64,000 nt of DNA from Eubacteriales bacterium (GCA_045656445.1 JAZORD010000010.1:17357-81356); one strand, 5' to 3'; shown: positions 18,721-28,213, numbered from the stretch's first letter. A program made the numbers and translations. The notes: generated by a model from the letters alone, not told the origin.

Positions 18721-19203
18721 ATGAATACTAAAATTTTGAAGCTGCTTGAAAAAAACGCTAGAATGAAGACATCAGACATTGCGACAATAGCCGGTCTTAG
18801 CGAAGAGGAGGTTCGTCGCGAGATTTCCGAGATGGAAAATGCCGGTATTATACGCGGCTATAAGGGCGTCATAGACTGGGAAAAAGTCAATGCAGGTACT
18901 GTCAGTGCCATAATTGAGCTTAAGGTTACACCTAAGGCAGGACTTGGCTTTGAGGAGGTTGCAGAAAGGATAGCAAAATATCCCTCTGTCGAATCCGTAT
19001 CACTTATGTCGGGCGCATGCGACCTTACCGTCGTGGTCACGGGAAAAACCTTCCAAGAGGTCTCCTTTTTCGTAGCAAAGGAGCTTGCGGTTATAGACTC
19101 CGTGACATCTACCGCAACTCAGTTTATAATGCGTAGGTATAAGGAGTTTGGCGTTGAGCTTACGAATAACGAGGTCGATGAAAGGAACAAAATATCGTTA
19201 TGA
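18721..19203 (+). CDS. Lrp/AsnC-family transcriptional regulator (AlaR-like by context)
   Basis: Start moved to ATG 18721, with GGAGGA upstream. N-terminal HTH (ILKLLEKNARMKTSDIATIAGLSEEEVRREI) plus an RAM/ACT-like C-terminal domain. The stop overlaps the aminotransferase ATG (ATGA). Confidence 0.85.
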   Translation: MNTKILKLLEKNARMKTSDIATIAGLSEEEVRREISEMENAGIIRGYKGVIDWEKVNAGTVSAIIELKVTPKAGLGFEEVAERIAKYPSVESVSLMSGACDLTVVVTGKTFQEVSFFVAKELAVIDSVTSTATQFIMRRYKEFGVELTNNEVDERNKISL

Positions 19204-20387
19204 TAGACTACTCAAAAATTCTGTCGGACACGGTAGTTTCAATAAAACCCTCAGGTATACGCAAATTTTTTGATATTGCAAACACTATGGAGGGCGTTAT
19301 TTCTCTTGGCGTCGGAGAGCCGGATTTCAGAACTCCGTGGCAGATAAGAAATGCCGGTATACGCACTCTTGAAAAAGGGAAAACTCGATATACCTCTAAC
19401 AGAGGTCTTGAAGAGTTCAGAGAAGAGCTTTCTCGCTACGTCGCGAGAAAATATAATGTCAATTACTGTCCAAAATCCGAGATTCTCATTACAGTTGGCG
19501 GAAGCGAAGCAATTGATGCGGCAATACGCGCCGTTGTAAACCCCGGTGACGAGATAATCATCCCTCAACCGAGCTACGTTTGCTATGAGCCTATGACAAA
19601 ACTTGCGGGCGGCGTTCCGATAATAATTAATACGAAAGCGGAGAACGATTTTAAAATAACCCCCGAAGAGCTTATAGAAAAAATTACGCCAAAAACCAAG
19701 GCTCTTATTTTGCCATACCCGTGCAACCCTACCGGAGCAATAATGGAAAAAGAAGACCTTGAGAAAATCGCAAATGTGCTTCGGGGAAAAAACATTCTCG
19801 TCATTTCGGACGAAATATATGCGGAACTGACATTTGGAGAAAAGCACGTGTCGATAGCAAGTATCGAAGGAATGAGAGAGAGAACCGTTCTCATAAACGG
19901 ATTTTCAAAGGCATTTTCAATGACCGGATGGCGACTGGGCTATGCCTGTGGACCTGCCGAAGTTATAAAGCAGCTCACGAAAATACACCAATTCGCAATA
20001 ATGTGCGCACCCACAACATCGCAATACGCTGCAATAGAAGCTCTGCGCTCCTGCGACGAGGATGTGGCTCAAATGAAAGAAGAATATGACAATCGCCGCA
20101 AAATAATAGTAAAGGGATTTTGCGACCTCGGACTTGCCTGCCGCGAGCCAAAGGGCGCGTTTTACGCCTTCCCTGAAATAAAATCAACCGGTCTGACAAG
20201 CGCTGAGTTTTGCGAAAGGCTTCTTTATTCAAAAAAGGTCGCGCTTGTTCCGGGTGACGCCTTCGGAGAGTGTGGCGAGGGGTTCGTTCGCGCATCATAC
20301 TGCTATTCTGTAGACCATATAAAAGAAGCGCTTTTGCGAATAGGCGAATTTCTGGAGGAACTCAAAAATGAAGGGAAAGAAAAATAA
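19200..20387 (+). CDS. Class I/II PLP-dependent aminotransferase (AlaT-like by context)
   Basis: Motifs: SGIRKF, GEPDF, NPTG, SDEIYAEL, and SKAFSMTGWRLGY (PLP lysine). The function is inferred from the Ala T-box and alaR-alaT-like synteny. Confidence 0.88.
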   Translation: MIDYSKILSDTVVSIKPSGIRKFFDIANTMEGVISLGVGEPDFRTPWQIRNAGIRTLEKGKTRYTSNRGLEEFREELSRYVARKYNVNYCPKSEILITVGGSEAIDAAIRAVVNPGDEIIIPQPSYVCYEPMTKLAGGVPIIINTKAENDFKITPEELIEKITPKTKALILPYPCNPTGAIMEKEDLEKIANVLRGKNILVISDEIYAELTFGEKHVSIASIEGMRERTVLINGFSKAFSMTGWRLGYACGPAEVIKQLTKIHQFAIMCAPTTSQYAAIEALRSCDEDVAQMKEEYDNRRKIIVKGFCDLGLACREPKGAFYAFPEIKSTGLTSAEFCERLLYSKKVALVPGDAFGECGEGFVRASYCYSVDHIKEALLRIGEFLEELKNEGKEK

Positions 20388-21525
20388 AAGGACCAAAAGC
20401 CCTGCGTATCTTCTGACAATCGCAATATGCGTATTAATCGGAGCATTGGCGGGAATGCTCGTACCCCGTTATTTCGACTCCGTTCCGGAGAACCGCACGA
20501 CAGCAACCGCTCTGGCAATACTCGTTATATACGTCGTTTTCTCCTTGTATGCTTCAATAATTTTACACGAGGGCGGACATCTTGTTTTTGGACTTCTCAC
20601 AGGATATCGGTTTTCCTCATTCAGAATAGGCTCGCTTATGCTTGTGAGAACAAACGGCAAGTTGAAATTCAAGCGTCATTCGGTTGCGGGAACAGGCGGT
20701 CAATGCCTTCTTGCGCCGCCGCAAATACAAAACGGGAAAATGCCGCACGTCCTTTATAATGTTGGCGGAGTTATATCAAACACCATCTTTACTACGGCGT
20801 TTTCGACGTTAGCCTTTGTAGCAAAGGACAGAGTATATTTGTGCGCGCTGTTTGTAACGCTGGCAGTTGTCAATCTTGCGCTCGCCATATCAAACGGCAT
20901 TCCGCTCTCCACAGGCTCGGTCGATAACGACGGCAAGAATGCCTTGTCACTTGGAAAAAATCCGTCGGCAATGAGAGCGCTATGGATACAGCTTATGATA
21001 AACTTTGAAACGGCAAACGGGAAAAGGCTTTCGGAAATGCCTGAGGAATGGTTTTCACTTCCCTCTGACGACGAGCTTTCCTCGGGACTGATTGCAAGCC
21101 TTGCAGTATTTCACGAGAACCGACTTGTTGATATGATGCGCCTAGACGAAGCGCTTAAAATAATCGAAAAATATAAGAACACGCCCTCTCTCCCGGGCAT
21201 TTACAGATGTCTTATGACGATGGACGAGATGACTATAAGGGCTATAAACGGAGAGGACTACAGCGTTGTTGCCGGGCTTTTCACAAAAGATGTTCATAGC
21301 ATAATGAACGGAATGAGGACCTTCCCCTCGGTTTTGCGTACAAAGTACGTTTTTGCGCTGCTTATGGAAAACAACGAGCAGTCAGCAGAGAAAATATCTT
21401 CGACCTTTGAAAGAGTGAAAAAGTCCTACCCTTACGCCACCGACATTCAGGCAGAGGAGCGTGTGATGTCGTTGGCAAAGAAAAAACTTCAAGAAAGGCG
21501 GCTTGGCGCTGATAGTCAAGAGTGA
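20368..21525 (+). CDS. Membrane HExxH zinc-metalloprotease-like protein (M50/site-2-protease-like) with helical C-terminal domain
   Basis: HEGGH lies inside a TM helix (ILHEGGHLVFGLLTGY), followed by several TM helices and a NGIPLSTGSVDNDG motif resembling the M50 NxxPxxxxDG. The gene overlaps the aminotransferase gene by 20 nt and has a GGAGGAA RBS. Confidence 0.5.
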   Translation: MKGKKNKRTKSPAYLLTIAICVLIGALAGMLVPRYFDSVPENRTTATALAILVIYVVFSLYASIILHEGGHLVFGLLTGYRFSSFRIGSLMLVRTNGKLKFKRHSVAGTGGQCLLAPPQIQNGKMPHVLYNVGGVISNTIFTTAFSTLAFVAKDRVYLCALFVTLAVVNLALAISNGIPLSTGSVDNDGKNALSLGKNPSAMRALWIQLMINFETANGKRLSEMPEEWFSLPSDDELSSGLIASLAVFHENRLVDMMRLDEALKIIEKYKNTPSLPGIYRCLMTMDEMTIRAINGEDYSVVAGLFTKDVHSIMNGMRTFPSVLRTKYVFALLMENNEQSAEKISSTFERVKKSYPYATDIQAEERVMSLAKKKLQERRLGADSQE

Positions 21526-21578
21526 ATAAAGAAAGCGTGCATGTTTCCTTCGCGGAAAATGCACGCTTTCTTTATAGT

Positions 21579-22118
21579 TTATAGGAACTGGTTTTTTATT
21601 TTTTCAAGCTTGCCCGAAAGATATCTAAATAACAGCGGAAACAATACCGCATTGCATATTATCTGGGTTGCGTAAAAAGCGATGCCGCGAGCGTAATAAA
21701 TTCCGAACCTATACCAGAAGTTGTCGTATGTTCCGGAAAAGAGCCCAATGTCTACCAGTGAGCTTAAAACTCCGAAGCAGGCAGTCAAAAGCAAGCCAAA
21801 GGAGGCAATAACCCAACGATTGCGTATTTTCATCTTTGCGAGAAGCATAAACACAAGCGCCACTGCCGGCCAGTATATGTAATATGAAATAACCCACGTT
21901 CCAAATCCGTAAATAAGAGGCTCTATACTCACGAAAACAAGCGCCGCCATAACACCCAAAAGACCAAACACGTATCCGTATAAGGCGAGCAAAACGGTAA
22001 CTATCTCAACGTTTGGAAGAAAGGACAGAGCAAGCTTTCCACACTCTACGGTTGCAGCCATTATACCGACGAGCGCAATAGTGCGAGCAGGTGATTTTCT
22101 CCTTTGTCCGTTCATCAC
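21579..22118 (-). CDS. ECF-transporter S-component-like membrane protein (candidate cobalamin/corrinoid-specific)
   Basis: 179 aa with six TM helices. Its size and pattern match ECF substrate-capture subunits. It is translationally coupled (ATGA overlap) to the riboswitch-controlled DUF4430 gene. Confidence 0.5.
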   Translation of the reverse strand: MMNGQRRKSPARTIALVGIMAATVECGKLALSFLPNVEIVTVLLALYGYVFGLLGVMAALVFVSIEPLIYGFGTWVISYYIYWPAVALVFMLLAKMKIRNRWVIASFGLLLTACFGVLSSLVDIGLFSGTYDNFWYRFGIYYARGIAFYATQIICNAVLFPLLFRYLSGKLEKIKNQFL

Positions 22119-22600
22119 CCAAAGCTTTCAAGACGGAACATTACTACTGTGCCGTCGTTTATTTTCATTTCGCTTATTCCGACACCGGAATATTTAAGCT
22201 CAACTTCCCCGTATTTTACGGACGGCATTTCCATACCGTCACTTGATACTGAGAAATCCGACGCCTCGCTGGTATATACGGCTATATATTCAGAAAGCGG
22301 ATCCGGACTCAATTTGTTTATATTCGTTATATAAGCTCCATACGCTCCCGATTGAGCCGTGTAATTAAAATCCACGTCCTTTTGCGTTGCAAGATATTCA
22401 AGAAGCGATAGCGCCCCCTCGTCATTTTCATCAAGCTTTGAGAGGTCAACGCTGTACGAGGTGTATTCGCCGTTTCCGCTGTCAACCAGAATTGTAGCAG
22501 TACCGGACTTAGCAACGTTTCCGCCCGAACAGGACACAAGTATGCAACACAGCATAACCGCTACGATTAGTAGGCTTAAAATTTTGATATTCTTTTTCAT
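22115..22600 (-). CDS. DUF4430-like surface lipoprotein (transcobalamin-like fold family)
   Basis: Start moved to ATG 22600, with AAGGAGA upstream. Lipobox LVSC|SGG. The C-terminal pattern GAYGAYITNIN...MKINDGTVVMF fits DUF4430. Confidence 0.55.
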   Translation of the reverse strand: MKKNIKILSLLIVAVMLCCILVSCSGGNVAKSGTATILVDSGNGEYTSYSVDLSKLDENDEGALSLLEYLATQKDVDFNYTAQSGAYGAYITNINKLSPDPLSEYIAVYTSEASDFSVSSDGMEMPSVKYGEVELKYSGVGISEMKINDGTVVMFRLESFG

Positions 22601-22629
22601 TTCGTCTCCTTTACCCAAGACATTTATTT

Positions 22630-22742
22630 TTTGTCCGGCAGGTTACCCGACTCGTAAATGGCTGCATTTAATTACGGTAATGGCTGTTGCGGCAGAATTT
22701 CACTGCTCTTCCCCTGCTCTCTGAATATAAATTCAACTCGGA
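22630..22742 (-). promoter_or_regulatory. Cobalamin (B12) riboswitch
   Basis: The minus-strand RNA reads GGGGAAGAGCAGUGAAAUUCUGCCGCAACAGCC...ACCGUAA...GCAGCCAUUUACGAGUCGGGUAACCUGCCGG. It contains the GGGAA...GUGAAAuUC core and a B12-box-like AGUCGGGUAACCUGCC (22635-22653). Confidence 0.7.
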
Positions 22743-22749
22743 CGAGCAT

Positions 22750-22778
22750 ATTATACACAAAAAAATAATGGCTGTCAA
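22750..22778 (-). promoter_or_regulatory. Sigma-A promoter of the B12-riboswitch operon
   Basis: On the minus strand: TTGACA, a 17-nt spacer, then TATAAT. Both hexamers are perfect consensus. Confidence 0.8.
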
Positions 22779-22810
22779 TAAAAATAAGAAATCTTTGACG
22801 CTTATTGAAT

Positions 22811-22841
22811 AAAAAAGGCTGCCTTTCTCTGAGACAGCCTA
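22811..22841 (-). terminator. Intrinsic terminator after the MBL-fold gene
   Basis: On the minus strand: AGGCTG...CAGCCT hairpin followed by TTTTTT. Confidence 0.65.
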
Positions 22842-22847
22842 TAAAAA

Positions 22848-23537
22848 TTAAATTTCAACCGTCTTAAACGGCTCAAGAATCATTGCATCATCAAAATCAA
22901 ACGCCGCCGGGTCTACCGAATCAAAAAGACCGTAGTGAACGGGAATCGCGCATTTTGCGTCAATTTCGTATGCGAAATCCGCAGCGTCTTTAGCATTCAT
23001 ATTGTTGCCCCTTCCATTGATAGGCAAAAATGCAAAATCAACTCCGTCCTCAACAAGCTCGAGAACCTCGTCTATTACGTCATAATTATATAGCGTATCT
23101 CCGCTAACGTAATAGGTTCTCTCTCCGTCGTCAAGAATAAATCCCACGGCAGTGCGGTCGGAATGCTCGGCATGAACGGCGTAAAATGTGATTCCGCGCT
23201 CACTCCACACCGAATGCGGATTAAGCATTACGTAGTTATGGACGCCGCCATATTTAGACAGCTTCTCGTATGCGTTCCTCGGAGCTAAAAAGGTTATGGA
23301 TTTTTCCGCCCCCGACAAAATTTTTTCTATCGTTTCGGGGTCAAGATGGTCAAGATGCTCGTGAGTTATAAGTATAACGTCCGGGGTCGTGTCAAGATAC
23401 GATGGATCTGCCGGCACTCTTCTGTGTTTTTTGGGATTTTGCTCTCCCACCGAGTCTGAAAAATATGGATCAACCATCACCCTGATGTTTCCGTTTTCGA
23501 AAAGAAGACCTGATTGAGCAAGCCAAGTTACCTTCAT
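22848..23537 (-). CDS. MBL-fold metallo-hydrolase
   Basis: HxHxDH motif (ITHEHLDHLD) and downstream His/Asp ligands. 229 aa. Confidence 0.85.
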   Translation of the reverse strand: MKVTWLAQSGLLFENGNIRVMVDPYFSDSVGEQNPKKHRRVPADPSYLDTTPDVILITHEHLDHLDPETIEKILSGAEKSITFLAPRNAYEKLSKYGGVHNYVMLNPHSVWSERGITFYAVHAEHSDRTAVGFILDDGERTYYVSGDTLYNYDVIDEVLELVEDGVDFAFLPINGRGNNMNAKDAADFAYEIDAKCAIPVHYGLFDSVDPAAFDFDDAMILEPFKTVEI

Positions 23538-23559
23538 TTTAGTTCCTCACTTTATCTTT

Positions 23560-24042
23560 CTATAATATTATGATTATGCCAAGTATGCCGGATATGATAC
23601 CGACAATCGCGCCTGCCACAACATCCCTTACGAAGTGAATTCCAAGAAAAACGCGGGATACGGCAAGACATACGCCCAAAACCAAAAGCGCAACAGACAG
23701 CCACAGCGACACGGTGTACGATAACGTTGAAATTACAAAAGCCGAAAAAACGTGGCGTGACGGAAAGGACTGTCCCTTTTTGTTTTTTGGCTGAGTTTCA
23801 TAAAAGCTGTATAGCTCGTAAGGTCTTGGCGCTTTTATAATTTTTCGCATAACGCTGACGGTAATGTACGGAATCAAGGCAGAAAGCGCAACCTTAACCG
23901 CTGACATTGGCTCTTTTTTATAGGAATATATAAGGAGTGCGATATACGCTACGGCGCAAACCAACGCAGATGCGTGTGAAATTATTTTTAACGACGTACT
24001 TATGCGCCTTGACTCATACACCTTTTTCAATACAGCTTCCAT
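23560..24042 (-). CDS. PAP2-family phosphatase (membrane)
   Basis: Acid-phosphatase motifs KxxxxxxRP (KIIKAPRPY), PSRH, and SRxxxxxHxxxD (SRVFLGIHFVRDV). The start could be ATG 24042 or GTG 24051. Confidence 0.85.
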   Translation of the reverse strand: MEAVLKKVYESRRISTSLKIISHASALVCAVAYIALLIYSYKKEPMSAVKVALSALIPYITVSVMRKIIKAPRPYELYSFYETQPKNKKGQSFPSRHVFSAFVISTLSYTVSLWLSVALLVLGVCLAVSRVFLGIHFVRDVVAGAIVGIISGILGIIIIL

Positions 24043-24122
24043 ATTACACACCGCCCAGCCGCAAGACTTGTTAAACTATGTTTTCCCACGACTTTATTAA
24101 CACAATTATAACACACACTTTT

Positions 24123-24156
24123 CAAAAAATCAAGGCGGGAATTTGTTTCCCGCCTT
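24123..24156 (-). terminator. Intrinsic terminator after spoIIE
   Basis: On the minus strand: AAGGCGGGA / TCCCGCCTT stem followed by a T-run. Confidence 0.75.
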
Positions 24157-24245
24157 TCAGTGTTATATATCGTTTGAGGTTGTTGATTAATGAAAAAGGT
24201 GAGCCCTGGTAACATCGCCTCAAAAAACAGGATAAAGTCATAAAG

Positions 24246-26642
24246 CTATTGTATTTCGGTTATTTTTGCCACCGCGACGCTCATATCGTCGCCGCTCCTT
24301 GAATTTTTTTCTGCTCCCATAAGAATACTCTCAGCGTATTCCCTGACATTCTCCGGTGCAGGCTTATTCAAAAGCTCAAGCAACCACGTGGCATCCTCAG
24401 GCGATTGGCTCACTCCGTCCGACAGCATAATTATGTAGTCCCCGCTGCGAACCTCAACGCGTATACGCTCAGCGTCAATGCTCTTCATAAGTCCAAGAGG
24501 CGCCGTTTCCGAGCGAATTCTGAAAATAGAGCCGTCCCGCTTAATGTAAGAGGCTGCAGCTCCGCATTTAAAGAACACCGCCTCTCCGGTTATAAGGTCA
24601 AAATCAAACAGGTCGACTGTTGCCGAGCATTCCTCTCCTCTGCTCCGTATTATATGGTTGAGAAAGCGGAATGCCGTACGCTTTGAGCAGGAGGAATTTA
24701 GTAACCTTGAGAGAAAATCCGCCGCAAAAACCGAGATTTTATGCGCCCCCTCTCCGCTTCCCATACCGTCGGATATGAGAGCATAAAACCGTCCGTCATC
24801 ACATTCAAAGGAGGTTGACGTATCTCCAGATACGCTCTCCTTGGCAGAGCATTTTCCAACAGCGGAAAACTCTACGGTATATCTGTTTTGAGCAGAGCAT
24901 TCAAAAAGAGCCACGTCATCCTTTCTGTAATACGAGGGTGCTCCCAGTCGCACACCGGCAATCCTTTCAATATCCTCGTGAAAGTCCTTTGCAGTTATAA
25001 GCTTTCCCGACTCATCGTCTGCAGCGCAAATAAAATGCTTTCGACGCTCCCCAAATACCTTTATAACTCCGTTATGAAGTCCTGCTCTTTCCAATGTGTC
25101 ACCAAGACCCTCGCTAAGTGTCTGGTCAATAGCTCTTTCTTTTTCGTTATATTCCTTTGCCTCACTTATAATTTTAGAAAACAGCTCACATTCGTCGGCA
25201 AGCGGTTGCATTCTGCGATTTTTGAATCTTGTTGCCTCAAGCTCTGCAGCAGCGCAAAGTATTCTGTCAAAAAGAGCTGCAGAGTTATGACAATATTTCG
25301 GAACTAAGGTGGTATCGTCGCAAAAAATTCTTTCCTTTTTGTAAAGTTTAGTTGCTATTAAATCTATATTTTCAGCGCACGGAGCAGGATTTTCACTAGC
25401 GCATCCATCGTAAAAATGGCAACAGGCGCAAAAACCCTTTGCGGTGTCTATCACAAGATTTCTGTATTCCTCAAGGCTGACCACTCCCTCGTCTACCCCA
25501 AGCGTCCGCATTGAAGCGGAAATAGAGGAAAGCGCGCGGAGCAGCTTATCAACGCTTGAATCCTCTGAGCTTCTGTAAGCGATAGCCGTAGCAGCAACCA
25601 TATCGTCGGCAATCTGACTTTTCGTTTGTATCTCAGGCTCGCACCTTTGCTGCGTCGGCACTTTTTTTATAAACGGAGCGCTGATTAGGGCAGCTATCAC
25701 GTACTCGGGGAAGGTTGAAAGAAAACCCATAGAGCCGCCCGAATACGCACTCCAAAAGGATAAAAGAAGCCCCGCTGTAATAAGCGCGTAAACGATTCCC
25801 GCGCTAAAAAGTATTCCCGCCGCAAGTCCAACAAGCGCAAAGGCTACGGAGTAAGTGCTTGAGATTCCAAGGCTGGATATGAATCCCACCGCCATCGCCC
25901 TTAAAGGACCGAAGCGTCTGGCAACGAACAGAGTTATAAAGCTTGAAAACACATACGCTGTCGTGATTCCAAAAATGTCAAATCTTTTAAGAGAAATTGA
26001 TACCAGAAAAACAAAAAGCAAAAAGGTGGCCTGGAATAAATATATTCCGAATTTTTCCTTTTCCTCCTTTGCTCCGTCAAACAGATTTCTTTTGCTTGAA
26101 ATAAAATCGGAAAAGGTTATACCGCTATCAAGTATTCCTGCAAAAGCAAAAGTAAACGCTGCCGATAAAATCACGCTCACGGCACCGTACAAAATCGATT
26201 TGAAGGCAAAGCCGCCAAGCAATATTTCGTAAGCCGCACCAACAAATGCTCCTATTGAAGCGGCGGATATTCTAAGTATCAGCGGTTCTGAAAAAAGCGC
26301 CCCCTCTCCCCTTCGCTCGCTTCCGGAAATCATTATTCTCAAAAAAACGACTATTATGGAAATTATAGCGTGAATAATGCCGCTTTTTCCCAAAGAAAGA
26401 GCACCGGTGACAGCTCCGATAAGCGCCAACCATACTCCCCTTGGCATAACTGCAACCAGAGCGACCCCCAGAGGATACGCTCCAAATACGATGTGACATC
26501 CGGCAAACAAGAACGCCACTATGACTACCAAGGCGTCAAATAGAAGCGCCTTTGCATCACCGCGACGCTTTTCAAGCTCGCCCCTTATCATCGTGCCAAC
26601 CCCGTCGAAAAATCCCACGCCTTCCGTTTTTTTATTTTCCAT
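24246..26642 (-). CDS. spoIIE: Stage II sporulation protein E (membrane PP2C phosphatase)
   Basis: 798 aa: about ten N-terminal TM helices, a central regulatory region, and a C-terminal PP2C domain (ALISDGMGSG, IIMLSDGV, DDMSV). Confidence 0.9.
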   Translation of the reverse strand: MENKKTEGVGFFDGVGTMIRGELEKRRGDAKALLFDALVVIVAFLFAGCHIVFGAYPLGVALVAVMPRGVWLALIGAVTGALSLGKSGIIHAIISIIVVFLRIMISGSERRGEGALFSEPLILRISAASIGAFVGAAYEILLGGFAFKSILYGAVSVILSAAFTFAFAGILDSGITFSDFISSKRNLFDGAKEEKEKFGIYLFQATFLLFVFLVSISLKRFDIFGITTAYVFSSFITLFVARRFGPLRAMAVGFISSLGISSTYSVAFALVGLAAGILFSAGIVYALITAGLLLSFWSAYSGGSMGFLSTFPEYVIAALISAPFIKKVPTQQRCEPEIQTKSQIADDMVAATAIAYRSSEDSSVDKLLRALSSISASMRTLGVDEGVVSLEEYRNLVIDTAKGFCACCHFYDGCASENPAPCAENIDLIATKLYKKERIFCDDTTLVPKYCHNSAALFDRILCAAAELEATRFKNRRMQPLADECELFSKIISEAKEYNEKERAIDQTLSEGLGDTLERAGLHNGVIKVFGERRKHFICAADDESGKLITAKDFHEDIERIAGVRLGAPSYYRKDDVALFECSAQNRYTVEFSAVGKCSAKESVSGDTSTSFECDDGRFYALISDGMGSGEGAHKISVFAADFLSRLLNSSCSKRTAFRFLNHIIRSRGEECSATVDLFDFDLITGEAVFFKCGAAASYIKRDGSIFRIRSETAPLGLMKSIDAERIRVEVRSGDYIIMLSDGVSQSPEDATWLLELLNKPAPENVREYAESILMGAEKNSRSGDDMSVAVAKITEIQ

Positions 26643-26741
26643 ACGACATTCCTTTCATCACTTGGTTAATTAAGATTATTTTAATACCTCGTCTTTATGA
26701 AATTCGTCGTATTTTATCCTTCGTATTCTGTTGATTTGAGT

Positions 26742-26782
26742 AAAAAAAAGCGAGCCCGTGCGTCCTTTTGACGCACAGGCTC
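26742..26782 (-). terminator. Intrinsic terminator after the ACT/UPF0210 operon
   Basis: 13-bp stem (26752-64 / 26770-82). It is perfect, with one G-U pair, only in the minus-strand RNA, and is followed by a T9 run. Confidence 0.8.
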
Positions 26783-26854
26783 GTAAAAAACTATTCTACC
26801 ACGCTATTTGCGATATTTAATTGTCATAAAACCCGTTATCCGCGACTAGAATTA

Positions 26855-28213
26855 TCAGTTACGCAGTGAGTGAATGGGTGCAGGTATTCTTCCTCCGCGG
26901 TTAATGAAATCAGCGCAGGAATCGGCCTTAAGGGGCATTATCGGAGCGTAGCCGAGCAGTCCTCCAAACTCCGCAACCTCGCCTACCCCCTTACCGTATA
27001 CGGGGATAACTCTGACTGCCGTTGTCTTATTATTAACCACGCCTATTGATATCTCGTCAGCAATAATTCCGGATACGGTGGACGCCTCGGTGTCACCCGG
27101 TATAGCTATCATATCAAGACCGACCGAGCAAACGGCCGTCATAGCCTCCAACTTCTCAATTGAAAGCGTTCCTGCCTTGACCGCGTCTATCATTCCTCTG
27201 TCCTCAGATACGGGTATAAACGCTCCCGAAAGACCGCCGACATGACTTGACGCCATAACACCGCCCTTCTTTACCGCATCATTAAGGAGCGCAAGCGCAG
27301 CAGTTGTGCCGTGCGTTCCGGTACGCTCAAGACCCATATTTTCGAGTATCTCGGCAACCGAATCTCCTGCCGCAGGAGTAGGAGCAAGCGAAAGGTCAAC
27401 TATTCCGTAAGGAACCCCCAGCCTTGAGGACGCTTCAGCAGCAATAAGCTGACCCACGCGAGTGATTTTAAAGGCAATCTTCTTTATAGTATCGGCAAGA
27501 TGAGAAAAATCGCACGCCCCCGCTTCTTTTATGGCAGCGGCAACTACGCCGGGTCCGCTTACGCCAACGTTTATAACGCTGTCCGACTCGCCTATGCCGT
27601 GCACAGCGCCCGCCATAAACGGATTATCTTCCGGTATATTGGCAAAAACCACAAGCTTCGCGCATCCTATTGAATCCTTGTCACGCGTGAGATACGCAGT
27701 CTTTTTGATTATCTCGCCCATCTGACGAACGGCATCCATATTTATTCCGGCCTTAGTAGTTGCGACGTTTACCGAGGAGCAAACACGGCTTGTTTCGGTG
27801 AGGGCATCGGGAATAGACTCTATCAGCCTTCTTGCTCCGATTATCTCCCCTTTCTGAACGTGCGCGGAATATCCGCCGATAAAGTTGACGCCAAGCTCGC
27901 ACGCCGCCCTCTCAAGAACCTTTGCAATCCCGACAAATTCGTCAGAGGAAAGCCCCGCTCCTACGTAAGATATGGGAGTTACCGAAATTCTTTTATTTAC
28001 GATGGGAATACCGTAGGTGCGCTCAAGCTCTTCGCATACCGACACGAGATTTTTTGCAGAGCGGGTTATTTTATCGTATACTTTTTCCTTAAGACGCTGA
28101 GGGTCATCGGATATACAGTCAAAGAGGGATATCCCCATTGTAACCGTACGTATATCAAGATTTTCCTCGCGTATCATTTTTATTGTTTCAAGTATGTCAC
28201 TGGTGTTAAGCAT
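26855..28213 (-). CDS. UPF0210-family protein (DUF711, PFL-like fold; function unknown)
   Basis: 452 aa, matching the family as I recall it along its whole length ([50 protein letters not shown]). Confidence 0.88.
   Translation of the reverse strand: MLNTSDILETIKMIREENLDIRTVTMGISLFDCISDDPQRLKEKVYDKITRSAKNLVSVCEELERTYGIPIVNKRISVTPISYVGAGLSSDEFVGIAKVLERAACELGVNFIGGYSAHVQKGEIIGARRLIESIPDALTETSRVCSSVNVATTKAGINMDAVRQMGEIIKKTAYLTRDKDSIGCAKLVVFANIPEDNPFMAGAVHGIGESDSVINVGVSGPGVVAAAIKEAGACDFSHLADTIKKIAFKITRVGQLIAAEASSRLGVPYGIVDLSLAPTPAAGDSVAEILENMGLERTGTHGTTAALALLNDAVKKGGVMASSHVGGLSGAFIPVSEDRGMIDAVKAGTLSIEKLEAMTAVCSVGLDMIAIPGDTEASTVSGIIADEISIGVVNNKTTAVRVIPVYGKGVGEVAEFGGLLGYAPIMPLKADSCADFINRGGRIPAPIHSLRN

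Noticed and set aside
19251-19847. 198-aa minus-strand ORF antisense to the aminotransferase gene.
   Set aside because: It is a shadow ORF inside a gene with unmistakable class-I aminotransferase motifs.
26643-26740. Spo0A-box-like TGTCGTA next to the spoIIE start.
   Set aside because: The match (6 of 7) lies between the RBS and the ATG, not in a promoter position, so it is most likely chance.
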